Source: Candidatus Latescibacterota bacterium
Lineage (GTDB): Bacteria; Latescibacterota; UBA2968; UBA8231
Reading direction: 5' to 3'
NCBI GenBank assembly: GCA_965242865.1
Contig: CBDETK010000013.1
Span: 4,672,001-4,736,000 of the forward strand
Length of the DNA stretch: 64,000 bases
A program made the position numbers and the translations under genes. Below are positions 58,860 through 64,000 of the stretch, piece after piece. Under the pieces are notes generated by a model, which worked only from the letters and a program-made list of their open reading frames with translations, was not told where the DNA came from and searched no databases. Within the stretch, counting starts at the first letter, position 1. The number at the start of each line of letters is the position of its first letter.

Positions 58860-61808
58860 CTAGAACCCGGCCACAATATCGAAGAAGAGGCGCGAGTTGT
58901 CGAAGCTATCGGACGCGCGCGTGGCATGGTCGTACTCCCGGCTGGTTCGGATAAAGCCGAACTGGGAGGCGAGATTGTAGCCGTAGTGATCCGAGCGGTT
59001 GCTCATCATCAGCACCAGCGTCCATTCCTTAAAATCGTTCCTCTCTTCCCGCCGGTCTAAACTCGTGTGACGCCAGAATGGGAAGCCTTGGAAGCCTAGT
59101 TGCAGATTGGACTTGGCCGTCAAGTCAAAGCGGGTCCTGAGGATCGGGGCGTAAATCGAGTACGACTCAATGATGCCTTTGTCCGTGTCCCCGGCGTCTT
59201 CGAGGACGCTCGAATGCTCGCGCAACAACAGGTGCTTGAACATCGGGCGGATGTTTAGGTTGCCGGCGTTGATCGTGTAGTCGAGCCGGTTGACCATCGC
59301 AAAGGTCGAGAGCACCCCGGCTTCCTGTTGGGTGCCGTCGTCGAACTCGTCTGCGGCTTGGCTGTTGCGGATCCATTGGATGCTGTTGATGACGTTGAGG
59401 TTGGAAAACTGCCGAAAGGTCGAGCTGATGAACAAGGTATTGACCAAGCTGTTGCGCATGTTCAGGGGATCGACATCCGGCGGAAAAATCTGCGAATTGA
59501 TGTCCCGCGCCTCGATCATCGGGCCTTTCAAGTGCGGAACGGGGCTGGGTATCCGCTGGGTAAAACCCGTGTCTTCCCAGACGTACACGTCGTCGCGAAT
59601 GCTGTCGCGGACCTGCTTGACGTCTTCGTTGATGCGGATTTTGCCCAAGTAGGGCGAGGTGAAGTTGTGCTCGTAGCGGGCGTAGAACGCGTGCGCCTTG
59701 CCGCCGCCGGCCGGCTCCTCCATGGTGTAATAGCCGACCGAGGCCCATTTGCCCCAGCGGCCCAAGCCCTTCTTGGTGGCCACGAAGTGGGCCCCTCGGC
59801 GGTCCCGGGGGTAGGGATAGTCCGGCAGGGCGTCGTTTTCGCGGTAATCGACCACGCCGTTGTTGTTGAAGTCAATGCCGTAGATGAAATCCGGCGGGTC
59901 CGCGTCGTAAAAGAGGATCGGCTCGGTCCAATCGGGAATGCCGTTGAAGTTCTGGTCGCTGTCCGGGATGAGGTCGTTGTTTTCGTCCAAGCCGGGGAAA
60001 ATGCCCGAATCCGCCTTCTCCGCACTGGGCAGCTCGTTGAGCATTTCGTCGGGCCACTGGTCGTTGTCGTCGTTGTCGGTCATAACGGACATTTCCTGCA
60101 TCTGGGGACACACAAAACAATCGTCGCTAAAGAAGGCCACGCCGCCGCGGTCGCTGTCGTAGTTGCCGCTGTAGTCTGGGTCTAGGTTGAAAACTTCGCC
60201 CCCCAGCTCTAGCGGGCCTACCTCCTTTGAGGCGGTGAGGAAATAGCCGAGGGCCTGCTTGTCAAAGCGCTTGCCGGCGTTGCTGCCCACCGGGAAGAGG
60301 AAGTATTGGGGATTGGCGACCAACTCGCCCTTTACTTTTAGCCCCTTGAAGTCCAAGTCCCAGTCCAACCCGTAGAGTGCCTGCCCGGTGGGGATGCCGT
60401 AGTCAAATTCGACCACCTTGCGGCCCGAATCGCGACCGTCGGAGCGCAGGACCGTGTAGGCTGCCCGGGTCGGATCGAGCAAATCCCACTTGAATTGCAA
60501 AAACGGCGACGCTTGGGTCGTGCCCGGATTTGGCTGCACCGGCCACTGCTTGAAAGGTGGCTTCTTGAAGGCTTCGGGATCTGCGTGGAATTCTTCTGCT
60601 AGCACGTCCAGAGGCTTGAGCGCGTCATCGCCGGTCTGGCTGGTAAAAGGATTGACGTAGCTCCTGCCCCCCGGAGCGTAGCGGTCGTCTCCCTCGGCCA
60701 CTTTGTCCACGTTCTTTTGGTGGGCCTGCTGGTCGAAAAACAAGTGCTGTTGGCGCACCAAGATGCGATAGTCGCCCTCGACATCGGCCAAAAAGCGCAC
60801 GGATTTCATCGTCAGCCCCGGGGCGAAGCCATCGGGATCGGCCGAATACTCGGCCGCGTCCGGCAGGTTGAATTGCGGCATTTGGAAGCGGAAGACCGCT
60901 TGCTCGCTGCCGGCGACCGACAGCCCGCCCGCAACCCCGCCGACCGGATCGATCAGCTTGAGGCTCGAGTCGTATTCGGGATCGCCTTCAATGCTGGTCA
61001 AGCGCACCCGCTGCCCCTGGGACTCCCCGATGATCACCACATCTACGTCATAGACGGTGGCCGCCCGGCCCATATCGTCGGGCGAGTCGTCTTCGACGAT
61101 GACTTCGATAAACGAGGGCGGCAGCATGCTGTACGGGGTATCGCCCTTGAGAAAGGAGCCGTTTTCGTCGGCCGTATTGGCCATGTGCTGGTTGAAGTAC
61201 GTGGCCCCCAAGCGCAGCACATTGCCCAACTTGGTCTCCCAGTGGCCGCCAAAGATCAGCACCGGCGAGGTTTCGCGAGTCGCCTTGAAGGTCGAAAACT
61301 TGGCGGCGTTTAACAGGTCGCCGCCTTGGCTGAGCATCAGGGTGAATTTGTTGTCCGAGGACGCGCCGTCGAGCAGGATGCCGAAAAAGCGCGGGTCGCT
61401 AAAGGTCAGGTCGGAGAACTTGGCGCGGATGTCCTCGCCCAAGGTCACTCGGTAGTTCCAGCCCTTGTACGAGTCGTTGAGCATCACCAAGTTGGCGAAC
61501 CACCCCAAGTACTGGGCCGTGCGGGTGTTGATGTTGCTCTCGCCCGGGCGAGAAAATTCCCACGTAAAGACATTGAAGCCGCGCGACAGGTAATTGCCCA
61601 AGCGGTCGTAGCGATTGCGCGCGTTGATCACCGAAGGATAGGGATCGTACTCCTTGCGGCCGTAGTTCAAATACGGTTCGGGATGGCCGAGGTTGAGGAA
61701 ATCCCGGTTGCGCAGAAAGGTCTGCGCTTGGGCTTCGGCGCCCAGCATACCCAACCCAACAGCCGCTAGCAGCGCGGTCCGCCCCAGTTTTCTCGCAGTA
61801 CTACTCAT
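58860..61808 (-). CDS. Large exported (probably outer-membrane) protein with Asp-rich Ca-binding-like loops
   Basis: Signal ending AEAQA; DNDDNDQWPD, DENNDLIPD, DFNNNGVVD; C-terminal beta-signal-like FFDIVAGF. Confidence 0.7.
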   Translation of the reverse strand: MSSTARKLGRTALLAAVGLGMLGAEAQAQTFLRNRDFLNLGHPEPYLNYGRKEYDPYPSVINARNRYDRLGNYLSRGFNVFTWEFSRPGESNINTRTAQYLGWFANLVMLNDSYKGWNYRVTLGEDIRAKFSDLTFSDPRFFGILLDGASSDNKFTLMLSQGGDLLNAAKFSTFKATRETSPVLIFGGHWETKLGNVLRLGATYFNQHMANTADENGSFLKGDTPYSMLPPSFIEVIVEDDSPDDMGRAATVYDVDVVIIGESQGQRVRLTSIEGDPEYDSSLKLIDPVGGVAGGLSVAGSEQAVFRFQMPQFNLPDAAEYSADPDGFAPGLTMKSVRFLADVEGDYRILVRQQHLFFDQQAHQKNVDKVAEGDDRYAPGGRSYVNPFTSQTGDDALKPLDVLAEEFHADPEAFKKPPFKQWPVQPNPGTTQASPFLQFKWDLLDPTRAAYTVLRSDGRDSGRKVVEFDYGIPTGQALYGLDWDLDFKGLKVKGELVANPQYFLFPVGSNAGKRFDKQALGYFLTASKEVGPLELGGEVFNLDPDYSGNYDSDRGGVAFFSDDCFVCPQMQEMSVMTDNDDNDQWPDEMLNELPSAEKADSGIFPGLDENNDLIPDSDQNFNGIPDWTEPILFYDADPPDFIYGIDFNNNGVVDYRENDALPDYPYPRDRRGAHFVATKKGLGRWGKWASVGYYTMEEPAGGGKAHAFYARYEHNFTSPYLGKIRINEDVKQVRDSIRDDVYVWEDTGFTQRIPSPVPHLKGPMIEARDINSQIFPPDVDPLNMRNSLVNTLFISSTFRQFSNLNVINSIQWIRNSQAADEFDDGTQQEAGVLSTFAMVNRLDYTINAGNLNIRPMFKHLLLREHSSVLEDAGDTDKGIIESYSIYAPILRTRFDLTAKSNLQLGFQGFPFWRHTSLDRREERNDFKEWTLVLMMSNRSDHYGYNLASQFGFIRTSREYDHATRASDSFDNSRLFFDIVAGF

Positions 61809-61852
61809 GGCAGCTATCCTCATGCAGTGTAGAGATTCGGTCTTATTCCAAC

Positions 61853-62713
61853 TCAGCGCTGGCGATACCCAACGCCGAACCAATGCACGCCGCCGTAACC
61901 GGACAGATGCAGAGGGTAGGAATAAGCGTAATCGAAATGCCATTGCTTATAGTTGTGGCCAAGCCCCACGTTGAGTTCTCTATCGTCAAAACCCGCACCC
62001 ACCGCGGCCCCGCCCATGCGGAACCGCGCGCCGTTGAGGCTCACCGTCCGCGCCTCGAACCCGACCCTAAATTCGGTCTGCCCATCGCGGTGCTCCATGT
62101 CAAGCAGGACTTCCCGCCCCGCCCAGTTGAGCACGGCCGCGGCGACCACGGCCGGCTTTTCCTCGCCCGCGGCTTGGCCGCCGGCCGCGATATTCGCGCC
62201 GTTAAGGCCCTTGGCGACCAACGCCAAGCGCAGGTACGCCCGCGGGTGGACGAAACCCACTTCCCAAGTGGCCCCCACGTCGAGGAACCAAGCTCGGTGG
62301 GCCAAATCGCCCGCGTTCCAAGCGCTGGTGCGCACGCCGCCGCCCAAGGCAAACCGCTCGTGCAACGGCCGCCCGTAGCCCAAGGCGATCACTTCTTCGC
62401 GCCAGCCATCGGCCCCTAAAAACGAAAGGCCCAGTTGGAAGCCGCCGCCCCGCAAGGGACCGGCCACGGCCACGCCGTTTAGGGCTGGACTCTGGTCCAA
62501 CCCGGGGTAAAGCAGCGCGTGGGACGTGCCGGCTCGCCATTTTTGCTGCTGGGCGTTGCCGGCCGGATTGTACCAAACGGCCTCAGCCGTCTGAATGCTG
62601 GCGGCAAAGGCCCCGCCCAAGGCCGTGCTCTGCGCCCCCTGAGCCGCAAATTCAAAAGCAGCACCGACCGGGGGGGCGCAAGCCAGCAAGAGGACGCTAG
62701 TACGCCACCACAA
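61853..62713 (-). CDS. PorV/PorQ (FadL-like) outer-membrane beta-barrel
   Basis: GA...ALGGAF.A......A..YNPAG N-terminal motif; FDYAY...L.....H.FG.GY C-terminus; start uncertain. Confidence 0.65.
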   Translation of the reverse strand: MWWRTSVLLLACAPPVGAAFEFAAQGAQSTALGGAFAASIQTAEAVWYNPAGNAQQQKWRAGTSHALLYPGLDQSPALNGVAVAGPLRGGGFQLGLSFLGADGWREEVIALGYGRPLHERFALGGGVRTSAWNAGDLAHRAWFLDVGATWEVGFVHPRAYLRLALVAKGLNGANIAAGGQAAGEEKPAVVAAAVLNWAGREVLLDMEHRDGQTEFRVGFEARTVSLNGARFRMGGAAVGAGFDDRELNVGLGHNYKQWHFDYAYSYPLHLSGYGGVHWFGVGYRQR

Positions 62714-64000
62714 AGGTGCCTCGGCGCGCCGGGCCGCTTTCTTCGATCCCGACCTCGTACAGGTAAAGCCCCGGCTCGACGACGCGACCGCGTTCATCGC
62801 GGCCATCCCACTCAAACTGATAGGTGCGGGCGCTGCCGGTTTGCGCCAACTGGCGAATGGGCCGCCCGGTCAAGCTGTACATTTTTAGCACCACTTCCCG
62901 GCCCACTTCGATGTTGCCGACGACCAAGGCAAAGCGCGCGTACTCGTCGGCAAACGGAGAGAACGGGCGCGGCTGCACCTGCACTTCGCCCAAAAGCGGC
63001 AACGGCGTCCCCGCCGCCAGTACCGTCCAAGTGGCGCCCGGCTTTTCTCGCCCCTGCTGCCAGTTCACGTAGCCGTCGCGGTCGCCTTGGGCCTTGTTGC
63101 CGGCGGCAAAGCGCAGGGCGGTCTTGTCGCGCACAAAGAGCGCCGGCCCCTCAATTTCGACCGTGGCCAGCGCGTTGATTCGCTCGTCCGGGGCGAGCTC
63201 TACCTGCAGGCCCTCCCGGTCTGCGGTCGGCCCCCAAGTGTAGCCGACGCCGGGCGCGAGTTCGCGGCCATGGACGCGCACGGCCGTTACGCCGAGCAAG
63301 GGGCCTTGGACTCGCAAGAGATCGACCCCGTAATCATCGACGCCCGCCGCGATTTCCACGCGGCCAATCAGGGCTACTTCCTCGCCCTTGTGCAGGGCAT
63401 CGGGCGCGACCACCTCGGCCCAGACCTGTTGGGCGACCAAGACGGGATCGTAGTCAACGGCGACGCGCTTGAGCACCGGGCTGACAAACGGGGCCGAGTT
63501 CGTCAGGCGGGCCCGGTACGCCAACCGCTCGACCGGCTCGTCCCCGTCGTAGAAAAATTCCCCGACCTCGTGGGCTGCAACGCTTTCCCAAGGCGCTGGG
63601 CCGCCGCGCACCTGCAACTCAATGCCCGTGCGCTCTGGGCGCTCGGCTTGCCAGCGAATCTGCCCGACATTGACCGGCGTGGGCGGGGCAAAGCTATCCT
63701 CGATAAAGCCTTCGCTGCCGTAGCCGGCGCCGAACACCTCGATTTCCCCGATCGCGACCCAGTTGCTGCGGTCTTGGCGGATGAGCGTCAGCCGCACAAA
63801 GCGCCCCTCGCGCGGGACGGCTTCCCCGCGCGCGTCAATCGCGGCCCAAGTGGAATCCGCACTCGTATCGACATTGAGGACGAAATTGTCCGGCTGTTCC
63901 GCCAAGAGCCGCCAGACTTGCGGCGTTGCTTGGGCCGCCGTTTCGAGCCTGTACCCGCGCACGAAGTATTCGGGCTGGTTCAGCGCGGTCTCGCCGGCGA
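62697..64000 (-). CDS. Exported protein with discoidin-like segment and C-terminal FlgD/T9SS-type sorting-like domain, partial
   Basis: RFVRL...IGEIEVFG.GY; C-terminal PRPFSP...YSLTGR.IR.L...WDGRDE.GR.V.PGLYLY; runs off right edge. Confidence 0.75.
   Translation of the reverse strand, partial: AGETALNQPEYFVRGYRLETAAQATPQVWRLLAEQPDNFVLNVDTSADSTWAAIDARGEAVPREGRFVRLTLIRQDRSNWVAIGEIEVFGAGYGSEGFIEDSFAPPTPVNVGQIRWQAERPERTGIELQVRGGPAPWESVAAHEVGEFFYDGDEPVERLAYRARLTNSAPFVSPVLKRVAVDYDPVLVAQQVWAEVVAPDALHKGEEVALIGRVEIAAGVDDYGVDLLRVQGPLLGVTAVRVHGRELAPGVGYTWGPTADREGLQVELAPDERINALATVEIEGPALFVRDKTALRFAAGNKAQGDRDGYVNWQQGREKPGATWTVLAAGTPLPLLGEVQVQPRPFSPFADEYARFALVVGNIEVGREVVLKMYSLTGRPIRQLAQTGSARTYQFEWDGRDERGRVVEPGLYLYEVGIEESGPARRGTFVVAY

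Overview
GC-rich bacterial chromosomal window. It is probably from an FCB-superphylum host-associated lineage (Latescibacterota/Gemmatimonadota-like, possibly a sponge symbiont); this is inferred from T9SS-like C-terminal domains, DUF6785-like membrane proteins and abundant ankyrin/NHL/TPR/L-domain/Ig-repeat proteins. Layout: (1) 1-10 kb has two inverted paralogous Ig-repeat surface-protein genes around a transaldolase, a heptad-repeat protein and an HpcH aldolase; the right copy carries a C17 tract and many frameshifts. (2) 10-32.5 kb is housekeeping: frr-tsf-rpsB-rpsI-rplM without pyrH, ispDF, queA, pyrC, an rnhB-yraN fusion, hrcA-grpE-dnaJ-mrp-prmA-aroQ without dnaK, glnA, hemC and cobA-hemD. 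(3) 32.6-39.3 kb is a mosaic array of five ankyrin lipoprotein genes built from near-identical 99-bp units that vary almost only at binding-surface codons. It shows duplicated promoter/terminator blocks and possibly silent cassettes, and is the best candidate for an undescribed diversification system. (4) 39.6-48 kb holds an Fe-ADH, a LarA-like protein, an orphan adenine MTase, an internally deleted ATPase, NHL lipoproteins and two MITE-like elements. (5) 48-64 kb is a long minus-strand envelope operon (CTD-bearing protein, PorV-like barrel, large OM protein, TPR, ExbB, 2x ExbD, lipoprotein, PPIase, OPT-like transporter) with no TonB in view, a second candidate system. No tRNA, rRNA, CRISPR, integrase, transposase or reverse transcriptase was seen. 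All family calls come from reading motifs by eye, not from database searches.
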